Position numbers and translations under genes: made by a program. Below the pieces are notes generated by a model that was not told the DNA's origin, made no database searches, and worked only from the letters and a program-made list of their open reading frames with translations. A stretch of DNA of 63,900 nt, filler included, from Olpidium bornovanus S191 (Eukaryota > Fungi > Olpidiomycota), in NCBI GenBank assembly GCA_017911155.1. It is 33 parts of 33 records of this genome, joined end to end, with 100 filler letters (N's around TTAATTAATTAA, not from the genome) between each part and the next. Parts side by side here need not be neighbours in the genome. Positions count along the whole stretch, not along the records: positions 9,183 to 10,840 come from JAEFCI010000512.1; positions 10,941 to 12,858 come from JAEFCI010003051.1; positions 12,959 to 16,828 come from JAEFCI010007844.1; positions 16,929 to 18,090 come from JAEFCI010004591.1; positions 18,191 to 19,722 come from JAEFCI010002770.1; positions 19,823 to 21,185 come from JAEFCI010011052.1; 27 more parts are not named here. The stretch is one strand, 5' to 3'. This document shows positions 10,056-21,285 of the stretch, piece by piece; the stretch's first letter is position 1, and each line of letters starts with the position of its first letter.

Positions 10056-10665
10056 TCAATGTTTAGATCGATAGAACCTTCGCCGCAGTAGAGGCGGGAC
10101 CGCCGCGGGCCTGGCGGGAGGGAGAACGTTCTCCGCGTCGGCGGCCGGCTCGGGGGCACGAGGGTTCGGGCGAGGGCTTTCCTCGGAGGAAGCGGGGCCG
10201 TGCGCCTCCGAGCAGTTCCGGGGGGCAGCGGGGCCGCTCGCCGCGGGAATGGCCGGAGGGGCCGCCTCGGGGGAGGCGCGGGCGGCGGGTCGGGCCGCGT
10301 CGGGGTCAGCGGAATCGGCGGGAGGGGGAACGTTCTCCGCGTCGGCGGCCGGCTCGGGACCACGAGGGTTCGGGCGAGGGCTTTCCTCGGAGGAAGCGGG
10401 GCCGTGCGCCTCCGAGCAGTTCCGGGGGGCAGCGGGGCCGCTCGCCTCGGGAGCGGCCGGAGGGCCCGCCTCGGGGGAGGCGCGGGCGGCGGGCCGGGCC
10501 GCGTCGGGGCCAGCGGGGTCGGCGGCGCACCGCGGCTGTTCGGCGCGGTACATTGCGGGACGGTCTCCGTCCCCGCACTCGGCGACGGTGGCGAACGTGA
10601 AGCCCGCCGCCTTGATGTGCTCGATGATCGCCCGGGTGCGCGCGACGGAGTACGGCAGAATATCA
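10056..10665 (-). CDS. Chitin/polysaccharide deacetylase (CE4), terminal exon with repeat-containing tail
   Basis: Acceptor at 10667-10666, then (H)DILPYSVARTRAIIEHIKAAGFTFATVAEC, i.e. CE4 motif 5 (HD) and the C-terminal I-x-x-x-K-x-x-G[YF]-x-F-x-TV-x-EC pattern. Confidence 0.8.
10116..10523 (-). repeat. Two tandem 204-bp (68-aa) units in the deacetylase tail
   Basis: AACGTTCTCCGCGTCGGCGGCCGGCTCGG at 10125 and 10329 (offset 204). The peptide DAARPAARASPEA...GPAAPRNCSEAHGPASSEESPRPNPR occurs twice. Confidence 0.95.
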
Positions 10666-10772
10666 CTGGCGGGTGGAGAAGACGTGGGGTGTGGGTGGTA
10701 AGGGGCGGTGTCGACCGGCGTCAATCGTCGTCTTCGGAGCGCGGACTGCGCGTGGGGTGCGGGGGGAGGGGT

Positions 10773-10804
<32 letters not shown>

Positions 10805-10940
10805 GGGAGGGAGGGAGAGATGGGAAGGAGGGAGAGATGGNNNNNNNNNNNNNNNNNNNNNNNNNNNNNNNNNNNNNNNNNNNNTTAATTAATTAANNNN
10901 NNNNNNNNNNNNNNNNNNNNNNNNNNNNNNNNNNNNNNNN

Positions 10941-11269
10941 CTATCAAGGATCCGTCCAGGTTGAGGAGCCTGAGCAGCGAAGGGCGGTGGAGGGCGGGGG
11001 ACAGCGGTCGGTCGGGTGTGAAATCAACGGAATGTACGCAGCGGCAATTAAAACGGGCATGTATTCGGGCGCGCAAGCCCCAGGGACTGTCTGACGCCAA
11101 GCGCCGTTCCTTCGCAAGGAGAAACACCGCGGACGCCAGAAAAAAACAACCGCAGCTCCCAGCCGGCTTCGCTCGCTCGCGGCCACATACACACTCACAA
11201 GCAGGCCAGCACCTCGCCTTCCTTGGCTGCCAGCTGTAGTCCCTGCGAGACAACCTTCGGCCGGAGCAT
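10941..11269 (-). CDS. LAMTOR2: Ragulator subunit LAMTOR2 (roadblock family), 3' truncated
   Basis: Exon 11269-11199 (GTGAGT donor) plus exon from 10969 splice to MLRPKVVSQGLQLAAKEGEVLACLLLNLDGSLI, against animal [32 protein letters not shown]. Not in the ORF track. Confidence 0.85.
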
Positions 11270-11993
11270 ATTTTATCCGTAATCCCGCCACGGAATTGCC
11301 CCCTAGGATGAGCAGGAGCGGGCGAGAGGGCCTTCGATGACAGTGGCGGCGGCAAAAAGACAGAACGGGACAATCGTATACATGAGAAAACTGACCAGCC
11401 ACCCGTGCCCACAAAGCGGTTTCCGCGATATCAAGGCGAGTGTCAGAAGGAAGGCAAACGTTTGATTTTCACCACAAATTTTTAAAGTATGACGTGTTTT
11501 AAACATCCACGGGATTTCATCATTCGCAAAAGAGGGACACAAAGTTCCCGGAAAACAACGCAACGGATTGCGCACTGCAAGCAGTTAAGAGAACGCACCG
11601 TTATGATAGCGCGGCTGCTCGCAACGCTATCCGCGCAATATCTGTGCTTTGCAGGTTCTCAGTGCCGGAGGCGCGAAACAGGGTCTATTCGAACATTGAA
11701 AACGTAGGTCCAATCCTTTCCGCGAATACTCTCCGTTAGCGGGCGGCAGCAAAAGCGAGCATGCGCCGAAAACGCAAAGGCACGCAGGCCTGGTGAGGTT
11801 ATCCGCGCGCGAAAGTGGAGTGGGGGGGCACACGCCCTTCCTACTCGTAAACACCACACCGGCGCTCCCCTTTTTCACCTCGCTCACCGTTCTCCCGAAG
11901 CTGCAGGGCGGCCCTTCTGGTCGGCGCCATCGAGGGTGCCCAACGTACCTCCGCTGGCTGGCGGGCGCTTGCCCCGGCACACGGGACCCGGCA

Positions 11994-12024
<31 letters not shown>

Positions 12025-12768
12025 GGTCTTTTGGGGAGGGGGGCGGGGAGCGGCGGTGGGGCTTTCCCCCTTTCCGGCTCCGGATCCGCAAAACAAAAAC
12101 AAAAACTCACCCGGTGTCACGTGATCATCTCAAGCTCCTTCTTGTCACCGGCCACGTGGTTAGCCGCCGAATTGGCACCGCCGCTTGCGGACACGCAACA
12201 CAACACAACAGGTTCAGCGCCGCCGTCACGACTGACCGCACGCATTATTGACGCAGTCAATGCGGGCTCCTCGTCGCCGCGTGCGTCGGATCACCAGGGC
12301 CGCCATCGGCGTGATATTCATACAAATCTGCACTTTGCCACCGCACTACAGTGGCCAAACCTCACATCACCAGCCACAACTAACCCAAATTCCAAAATCC
12401 AACACACACCTCCTTGCCCGGCAAAATGTCACCCACTACACCTCGGAGAGGTTTGCTCTCTCGGAGATAGCGCCATGGTATCACTGTTTCCCGCAACTTG
12501 AAAAACAAAGTCGTTATTTCATTGTCTGCAACTCCTGCGAACCTGCGAGTTTCATGGATTTGCGAATCCTGTGAATCTGCGAATCCCGGCTCTGGCTCCG
12601 GCTCAGTCTTCTGTCTCTGGCTCTGGCCCCGTGAGTCTGAATCTGTTGAGCGGATCTGCGAATCCAGCTAAACTGCAACGCCCGCGATTGTGCTAATCCT
12701 GTGAGCCAGCGAAACACTGCTCTGGCTTCCGTCCCGTCTCCAGCGGCATTTCCCAGTAACACCATTAT

Positions 12769-12837
<69 letters not shown>

Positions 12838-13100
12838 AAAAAAAAACCCCCCCCCCCANNNNNNNNNNNNNNNNNNNNNNNNNNNNNNNNNNNNNNNNNN
12901 NNTTAATTAATTAANNNNNNNNNNNNNNNNNNNNNNNNNNNNNNNNNNNNNNNNNNNNCATGGTGGGCCGGTGTCGACGGAAAACAGTTCACAGCTTTTG
13001 ATTCATATCTTAACCTTTCGTTATGTCGTTATGCCGTCACAAAAGTCCTGGTGGCTGAAAACTTCTGGCTTTTCGGCGTTTGTTTCTTCTACAAATGCAG

Positions 13101-13893
13101 GAGTACTGTCCAACGGACCTTTTCGCCCTTGTGCAGTCCGGGTCAATGGTCCGGGCGGACATTGACTGTTTGTTTTCGCAGATCCTCCGCGGCGTCGCGT
13201 ACTTGCACTCGGTCGGTATTGCACACCGGGACCTCAAACTGGACAACTGCGTCGTCTCGTTCTTCGGCCCGCAAGACTGCAGAGCCTGTCTGAAGATCAT
13301 CGACTTTGGATGCTCGACCGTGTTCCGCGTCCCCTGGGAGACCATGGCCCACGAGTGTACCGGCGTGTACGGCAGCGACCCGTACATCCCCCCCGAGGAG
13401 TTCATGTGCGCGCGGTACGATGCCCGCTGCGCAGACGTCTGGGCTGCCGCGGTGATATACGTTTGCATGAGGTGAGACGAGGCGCTGCCGCCTTTCGTTT
13501 CGGCCGATTGTCCCTATTCACGGGCGTGTACCGCTTCTTTCCATGACCCGTCGACCGGGGGGGAGTCTATTCCCGGCCGTGTTGACGCTCCGCCCTCCCG
13601 CCAGCGCGCGCCAGTTCCCCTGGAGGGTTGCCAGGCCCGACGTTGACCGCAGGTTCCAGGGCTACTACACGCTCCGCTCAAGCTCGTGCATAGACGCCCT
13701 GGCCGAAGCCCAGCGGGACGTCGTCTACCGCATGCTGGAGATATGCCCTTCGGAGCGCGCCACCGCCGAGGAAGTCCTGGCCGACCCATGGGTGTCGCAG
13801 ATCGAGACGTGCTGCCAAGGCGCTGACCGCGCGGGGGACCCCGTGCTCAAGCACGCGCACCGGCACGCGCCGATCGCCGGAATTCTAGATTGA
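13101..13893 (+). CDS. Ser/Thr protein kinase, fungal HAL/Npr1/Hrk1-like family, 5' truncated
   Basis: Exons 13101-13471 and 13605-13893: EYCPTDLF, AHRDLKLDN, KIIDFG, GVYGSDPYIPPE, DVWAAAVIYVCM, FPWRVA. Confidence 0.92.
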
Positions 13894-14894
13894 GCGGGGG
13901 CGGGAACGGCTGCCCTCCTCTTCGAGGGCGCCTTCCCGCCACCGTTTTTTTTTTTTTGTGGGGGGGGGGGGGGGGAGAGGAAAGTTTTGCTTTTTTCGAA
14001 AAAAAAGAAAACGTGAAAAAAATGAGATGTCGCGGAGTTCGAACTTGTTGCTCCTCTCCTCCCCACATCTGCCTCCCGCGAGGCGAGCGCACGGAAACCC
14101 TAACCATTTTTTTTAAAAAAAAAAAGCACTTCAGCGAAATCTAGATTTTACAGCGCACTTTTTGCTGGGTCGCACCCTTCCCTTTGTACATGCTTTCACA
14201 CGCGGAAAAAAATCGACGAACGTTAGACGCAGCAGCGGCTCACGGGGTGGGGGGAGGAGGTGTGTGGGTTGGTGGATTTGGGGGTCGGGGGTGGCCGGCG
14301 TGCGCTCGCCCCCGTGTGGGCGGGGGTGGCCCAAGCGCAAAAAGCGCACAGGTTCAAAACGGGGCGGCGGCGGGGTCTTTGCCTCAAGTCCACGCGAGAG
14401 ACCGTTCGGTCCGCGAACACCTTCTCCCGTCGGTCACGAGCCGCCAACAAAGGGGTATCAAACTGACCGCAACAAGGCCAAAAAGAGTCATTGAAGACGA
14501 CTCCTCCAACCGCATTTTCACGCAGGGAGGGGGCTGTCTGCAGCCCTTCGCAGCCTTGCGACCGGACGCGGGCGTCGTATCCCTTCCTTGACGACAAGCA
14601 CCGAAGCAAACCCCGGTTGCCATGGGCAGGCCGGCCCCTCCAATCCCGTTGACTCGACGCCGCTCGGCGAGTCGCGCTTTCGCGGTTGAGATTCCGGTTT
14701 TTTTTTTTTTTTTCCCCTCCCGGGCACGGGAAATTCGCATCATCTGAAAACAAAAAAAAACAACCGGAATCTCACAACCGCGAAAGCAACAGAGAGAGAG
14801 AGAGAGAGAGACGAGAGAGAGAGAGAGGCTCTACGGTGAGGCGCTTCCGGCTGCAGCGCAGAGATTACGTTATCTAGATCTAACGCGCAAAAAC

Positions 14895-16804
14895 TCAGAT
14901 GCCGGACCACAGCCGCACGAACTCCGGGGCGCGCGTGTAGTCGTCCGCGCCGCATTTTTGGGCCGGCCCGTAGATGGTGTAGATGTGGCCGTCCTCGTTG
15001 GAGGCCAGCCACGCGGCCTTCTGGGCAAACCCGCTCCAGGAGGAGACGACGTGGAAGTCGGCGGCGGCGAGCAGGAACATGTCGGACGCGGCGCGCTGCA
15101 AGGCGCCGTTGGCGCGGTGGCGGTCGCGGCAGTCTTCGGCCCGGCGCGAGAGGCAGCTGATGTGGAGCGCGCGGTGCTCGGTGTCGGTCACGAGCTTGCT
15201 CCCGAAGCGCCGCTTCGCGTCCCGCCGCACCTCGATCGAGTCCGATGTCAGCAGCCACACGACTTTCTGCTCCGGCCCCGCCCGCGCCCGCTCGACCTGG
15301 GCCGCGCAGTCGAAAAACGCGGAGTAGGCGTCGGCCGGGCCGCCCGACCGCCGGCGCAGGGACTTGTCCCCCGTGCGGATGTTGATCCCGATGACGAGCG
15401 CGGTGGGGTCGGCGAGCTCCAGCGCCCGCTCGCGGGCGAGGTTCCACAGCTCCGGCCGCGCCAGGAACAGAAACCGGAACACGCAGCCGAAGGCCGAGCG
15501 CGGCGTCAGGCCGAAATCGAGCAGCTGCTGTCTGTGGTGCGGGTTTTCGAACATGCGGAAGGAAAAGCCTCTGTTGGAGGAAAAGAAGACCTGCGGGCGT
15601 TTTTCCCCCACCCCCCCAGCGCACGCCCGCCCGCCGCCCGCCCCGCGGCCACCGGCCAGTCAGCAGACTATGGGCGACAAAAACCGATTGCCGCAACCAA
15701 CTCTCGGCATCCCCCCTTCCTCCCCACCCCCGCCGGAACCGCTTCCGTGACGCGGCAAGTTACACCCACGTGCGTGGCATTGTTCGGGAAATCGGTCAGG
15801 TTCTTCTCCACAAAGAAATTTCTCTCGACATTGCCGTTGACGTACGACCAGCAACTGTACGTGAGGTCGCCGCGGCGGCCGCCGCCGCAGCCGGGCAAAG
15901 AAAAGTCTTCGTAGCGGAAGTTGTATGCAGGGGCGCTCCAGTTGATGAACGGAGATTCAAACGCGAGTGACAAGTCTGCTAGTTCTTGTGATTCGTGGAT
16001 CTGAAAAGCGCGACCTTTTTTGGAAACAGGCGAGGGGGTGCGGGTAAAGACCTGGAGATTAAAAGCGACAGCCGGGAACAGGTACCGGTGCCCGGCTCGG
16101 ACCCGGTGGGAAAGCGCCGGGGGGGAAGAGGGAGGGACACGTAGGAGACGAAGGGGAAAAAACGCACCGGTTATCAGCGCGTAGAGGAAGCCGGTGACGA
16201 GCCCGCTGAGCCAGTCGGAGAAGCCGGCGTCGAGCGGGACGTAGACGGCGTAGCGCGCGGGCGCCTCGGCGTTGAGGATCCTGGCGTGCAAGTCCGCGTA
16301 CGCGGTGACCCAGGGCCCGCACTGCTCCTGCAGCCGCGGCGGCTCGCTGCTGAACAGTTGCATCCGCGGGATGGTTCCCGCGGCGACGTCGTCCAGGTCG
16401 TCCGGGTCGGCCTGGCCGGTCGCGTCGCCGGCGCCGTCGTAATCGGCAGGCGGAAACGCTGTGTCGGCGAAACCGGGCGCCGCCGGGATCCCGCCGGCCG
16501 CGGAGGGGAAGCGGGCGCAGAGGGCGAGGAGGATCGCCGACGCCAATGCCGGAATGCGCCGGGGGCGGGACTCATCGCGTGATTTGCGGCCGCCTGCCGG
16601 GAGGCTGCGGGTGGCCTTTGACTGCCGAGGCGGCCGAAGACAAACAAAAAAAATAGATTCATTGTCAGTTGCTTTTTCGCCTGAACGGGTTCCGAACAGG
16701 TTTCTGCACGACCGTTCTTCCGTGCGGCGGCAGCCCGGGAGTCGCAAAGAACTGCTCACCGGTCGGCATCCCTCCCTGATTTCGGAAAGTGGGAAATTTG
16801 CCAT
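14895..16804 (-). CDS. GT-B fucosyltransferase, GT37 (xyloglucan FUT)-like type II membrane protein
   Basis: Introns 16167-16015 and 15769-15591. Motifs GFSDWLSGLVTGFLYALITGRAF, GINIRTGD, VWLLTSDS and SDMFLLAAADFHVVSSWSGFAQKA fit the GDP-fucose transferase motifs. Hydrophobic anchor IPALASAILLALCA. Start codon uncertain. Confidence 0.7.
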
Positions 16805-17382
16805 GACGGGCGGGGGAAAGGAAGGGGGNNNNNNNNNNNNNNNNNNNNNNNNNNNNNNNNNNNNNNNNNNNNTTAATTAATTAANNNNNNNNNNNNNNNN
16901 NNNNNNNNNNNNNNNNNNNNNNNNNNNNCCAGTGCCCCCTCGGTACACTGGTGAGTGCTGATAGAGCACTTCCTTGGATTAATCACCGGTCCCCGGAGGA
17001 TCAGGGCTGTTTGTTGGAGAAAGGGTTCCAGCTGGGGTCTGAATCCATGGCGCCCTTCGGCGTCCATATATGCTGTCAGCCCCGCCCTGGTAGGGGACGC
17101 CTTCACGCGGAAAGAATCCGCGGATCGGTAGTGTCGCCAGTTGTCTTGACGCAAATTATCTTGGCACATCGTAACTTGAATGCTTTTTTTGGAAAATCCT
17201 TCCGGTGCTCTTCTAAGCACCTGCTGACGACGACGGTGCACTGCTTGCAGTGCCCGTCTCGATTCCGATGCGCTCCTCGAAGCGCTTTGTGAGAAAACTG
17301 GACGGGACCGTTGACGGAAAGAGAGAATGAGACTGCCGCGGCTGCGTCGTCAAACGTTTGACTCTTCCCTGCGAACGCCAAA

Positions 17383-17646
17383 CCAATCAATAACGTGACG
17401 TCATCATCGTTGCGCCGACACAGGCAGCCGTTGGCTGCTGCGATTCGGCTGCGCAGCGCACGTCACCTGACATCATCCCGCGCCAAAACAAGCTTTAGCC
17501 GTTGGCTGTTGCGCTGGGCCCGTTTTTTTGCGCTTCGCCTGAGCTTCAGCTTCACCCCGCACTGCGGCACCGCGGTCATGTGACGTCATCAAAATAGCCC
17601 GGACCACCAGACACACCGCCAGTGCGTCTGGTCGGCCGTCACGTGG
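17383..17646. promoter_or_regulatory. Cluster of CCAAT, CRE-like and E-box motifs
   Basis: CCAAT at 17383; TGACGTCA at 17396 and 17581; TGACATCA at 17468; GTCACGTGG at 17638. No linked gene identified. Confidence 0.35.
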
Positions 17647-18225
17647 TTCTCCAGACCACGACGTAGGCCTGCTGTGCGTAGTAGAACCACCTACATGGGA
17701 TTGATTCCAAACACCAACGTGGCGGCGCCGCTATCGGAGTATTTACCCCCTTGGAATATTCTCGAGGCCAAGGGCCCAGTACCAGGCTTTATTGTTACGC
17801 ATGTCCTGCCAACCCTTTTGCATAAGGTGCCATTCCCCCGTCTTCCCCCACTTCTCCCGTCGCGAAGCCGTCCGCCGTCCGCCGTCCGCCGTCCGCCGCG
17901 CCGCCGCCCCGCTGGTCAAAGAAAAACCGTCAGGGTAACAAGGACCTGACCCTGCATCGCGAGCCTGCCCATGGACCAACCGCGCGCCCTGTCAGCGGAA
18001 GAGATTGCCCTTCTGTTCGCCGAACCCCAGCACCTTCGCGCTTCTGTCGCCGCCGCCTCTAACCCTGCCGCTCAAACCCCGTCATCACACNNNNNNNNNN
18101 NNNNNNNNNNNNNNNNNNNNNNNNNNNNNNNNNNTTAATTAATTAANNNNNNNNNNNNNNNNNNNNNNNNNNNNNNNNNNNNNNNNNNNNGCGGGGGGGC
18201 GGGGGGGGCGGGGGGGGGGGGGTGT

Positions 18226-18264
<39 letters not shown>

Positions 18265-18730
18265 GGGGGACGCGGCTGCCTGGGCCAGGGAGAATGGGCG
18301 GGGTGAGGGGGAATCTGGGGGAGCTCCGACCCAACAGCAACAACAACAACAAAAAAAAAAAATCTTATCCGGTTTCCCCGACCGCCGACAATTTTTTTAA
18401 TTCCCCGGCCGCAACCGTCGTCCTGGCCAACCAACCACCCCCACCGAACCGAGAGGCGGAGACAATAGACGGCGAGAAAGAAAGAGAGAGAGAGAGACGA
18501 GAGACAGAGAGAGCCGAGAGACAGAGAAAGACGAGAGAGAGAGACGGGAGACGAGAGAGATACGAGAGAGAGACGAGAGAGAGGGAGACGAGGGACGAGA
18601 AAAAGAAAGGGAGACGAGAGACGAGAGACGAGAGAGCACCGACCCAGAGAGAGGAAACGGCACGCGGAGGAGCGAACGGTGAGTTCGCCTCTTCCTCCCG
18701 ACCGCCGTGTCCGGGGCGGCTGCCGGGACC

Positions 18731-19722
18731 ATGTCAGAACCCCCCGCGCCGCAAGCCGTGCCGGGAGGCTCGGCGTCCCCGCAGAGCCCGCCGCCGTTTG
18801 GGCCGCTGCACATAGATGCGCAACCTGGGCCGAGGGTCCAAGTCGCCGGTTCCCCGGACGACGACAACGACGACGACGACGGCGACGACGACGACTCGTC
18901 CGCCGGAAACGGCCCCGGGGCCCCGGCGGCGGCGGCGGCGGCCCCGGACGCTTACGCGAGCGTTCCGAGTTCGGCGGCGAGCGACGCCTCCTCGTCCGCG
19001 CACGGGCCCGAGGCGGAGGCGGACACCGTCCGGCTGCTCCAAACGGGGGGGAAGCGCCAGGCGTTTCCGGAAAAGGGCGGCTGCCGCGACGGGGCCGCCT
19101 GGCTGCGCGGGGGGAACCAGATGCGGCGCAGGTCTTCCGCCGGCGCCTCCGTCTCCTCCCGCCTCGTCGAGCGGTCCGGCTCGGGCCGGTCGGTGGTGGG
19201 CCAGGGGAGGCGCAGGTCTTCGGCCGGCTTCGTTCCGCTCGCCGCGGAACACCGCCCCGCGCCGCTGCTGCAGCGCCGGGACGCACCCTCCCGGCAAAAC
19301 CTGCAGCGCCCCTGGGCGGCTTCGTCGGCCCGGCTCGCCCTGGGGAGCTCGGTTGCGCTGCCGCCGGCCATGATCCCGAAAGCGAACGCCCCGCTCGGGT
19401 CCGCGGCCGCGGCCGCGGCCCCGCCGGGAGACAAGCAGGCGGCGAAGAAGTCGACCCTCGAGCTGACCGCGGGCCCGCGGCCCTTCATGAGCGAGATCCC
19501 GCTGCAGAGCCGGGCGGTGCGGACCGCCCGCGTGCAGGCGAAGTGCCTCTCGCGGACGACCGCCCACGTCAGCGAGTTCATCCGGATCAAGGTCGTGCTC
19601 CCCCCCGGCCGCTCGTTCCCCGTGACCGTCCAGTACGGGAGAGACATCGAGCACCTGGCCAGGCTCATCGAGGCCGAGCACGCGTTCAGGTACAATACCG
19701 TCGGGCGCCGGGGCTCGAACGC
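18731..19722 (+). CDS. Hypothetical protein: acidic disordered N-terminus followed by a compact, possibly ubiquitin-like segment; 3' truncated
   Basis: Long open frame from ACCATG (18731) with a poly-Asp tract, ending FIRIKVVLPPGRSFPVTVQYGRDIEHLARLIEAEHAFRY. Confidence 0.5.
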
Positions 19723-20047
19723 NNNNNNNNNNNNNNNNNNNNNNNNNNNNNNNNNNNNNNNNNNNNTTAATTAATTAANNNNNNNNNNNNNNNNNNNNNN
19801 NNNNNNNNNNNNNNNNNNNNNNCAGGAAAACGCGGTGCGCGTGGATGGTTGGGACGCCGTGATAAGGGATCTGCTGGAGGGAAAATATAGACGTAGACGG
19901 AGAATAAAAAACAATCGCCCCTCTTTTTTCTGTCGTTTTCATGTTTGTGAATATTCCGAACTTGAAAGAGCGCCGAGTTACCGAGTCCTTGATCACGTGA
20001 TCACCGCCGAGTTCTTGATCGGTAACTCTGCGGGTCGGGCCTATCGC

Positions 20048-20705
20048 GGAACCGCGCCTGGGTACGGAGGCAGAATTAACGGAGCTAGAGTTAATGGAGC
20101 CAGAGTTAACGGAGCCAGAGTTAACGGAGCCAGAGTTAACGGAGGCAGAGTCAACGGAGGAAGAGTTACCGATCTATAACTCGCGGCGCTGATGACCGCC
20201 CCTGTCACGTGAAGCTGCTGAAGTTCTAGATCCACAACTCTCGCCGCATCATGTTTTCGCAGGCAAATAACATCGAACGCCGGAGGCAGAGTTATCGATC
20301 TATAACTTGTGCAACCCAACTCGTCTGGTGTCACCTCGTGCGTATAACGGGACCGCGCCTAAGTACTTGAAAGCGCGCAGAGTTAACGGAGGCAGAATTA
20401 ACGGAGGCAGAGTACCGGAGGCAGAGTATCGGAGGCAAAGTACCGGAGGCAGAGTTACCGATCTATAACTCCCGGCGCTGATGACCGCCCCTGTTACGTG
20501 AAGCCACAACTCTCGCAGAGAGGCAGAGTTAACGGAGGCAGAGTACCGGAGGCATAGTTACCGATCTATAACTCGCGGCACTGATGACCGCCCCTGTCAC
20601 GTGAAGCCACAACTCTCACAGAGAGGCAGAGTTAACGGAGGCAGAGTACCGGAGGCAGAGTACCGGAGGCAAAGTTACCGATCTATAACTCGCGGCGCTC
20701 ATGAC
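20048..20705. repeat. Hierarchical minisatellite: 14-15-bp monomers interleaved with a conserved cassette of about 60 bp
   Basis: Monomer GGAG(G/C)CAGAGT(TAAC/ACC). Cassette AGTTACCGATCTATAACTCGCGGCGCTGATGACCGCCCCTGTCACGTGAAGC near 20163, 20453 and 20576, with partial copies near 20290 and 20673. Confidence 0.95.
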
Positions 20706-21285
20706 GGGGTTTCAGGGCATGCAGAAAGATTGCCTTTAAGTGTTCCGATTGGACACTCCTGATCGCCGAGAACAGCGCATCGGCCGTGTCTGGTACGTTT
20801 GTTTGGGAAAGCATTTCCCGCACTGCTGAGCGCTCGGCTGGGTGTTCTTGGAAATATCTTAGAACACGCATACGGTCGTCGTTGGACAACTAAAACGGGC
20901 GAACGGGGTGAGCGGGCCGCTGCGCGCAGTACTGCTCCAAAGAACACATTTCTCACCTGCTGCAATTGCCGCTAAGGGCATTTCCCGCTGGTGACCAACA
21001 GCAGTCCTGGACCAAGTTCCGCCGCGAGCTTTATAAAAAGATTTCCCGACGTGTTTTTTGTTTGAAAGTGCCTACGGAGCAAAAAAAAAGCAAAAAGCGG
21101 GTTTGAAAATTTATCCTGCGCTCAGTCTACTGCGCGCAGTACACCGCCCCCTCCCCCCCCCCCCCCCCCCGGGGGGCGGGGGCCCNNNNNNNNNNNNNNN
21201 NNNNNNNNNNNNNNNNNNNNNNNNNNNNNTTAATTAATTAANNNNNNNNNNNNNNNNNNNNNNNNNNNNNNNNNNNNNNNNNNNN

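Noticed and set aside
11841-11935. MAPTRRAALQLREN as a D-box/cyclin start
   Set aside because: Too short, and better explained as a 5' UTR exon of LAMTOR2.
20041-20334. Repeat protein (LTLAP)n or (VNGAR)n
   Set aside because: Monomer lengths alternate between 14 and 15 bp, which breaks the frame.
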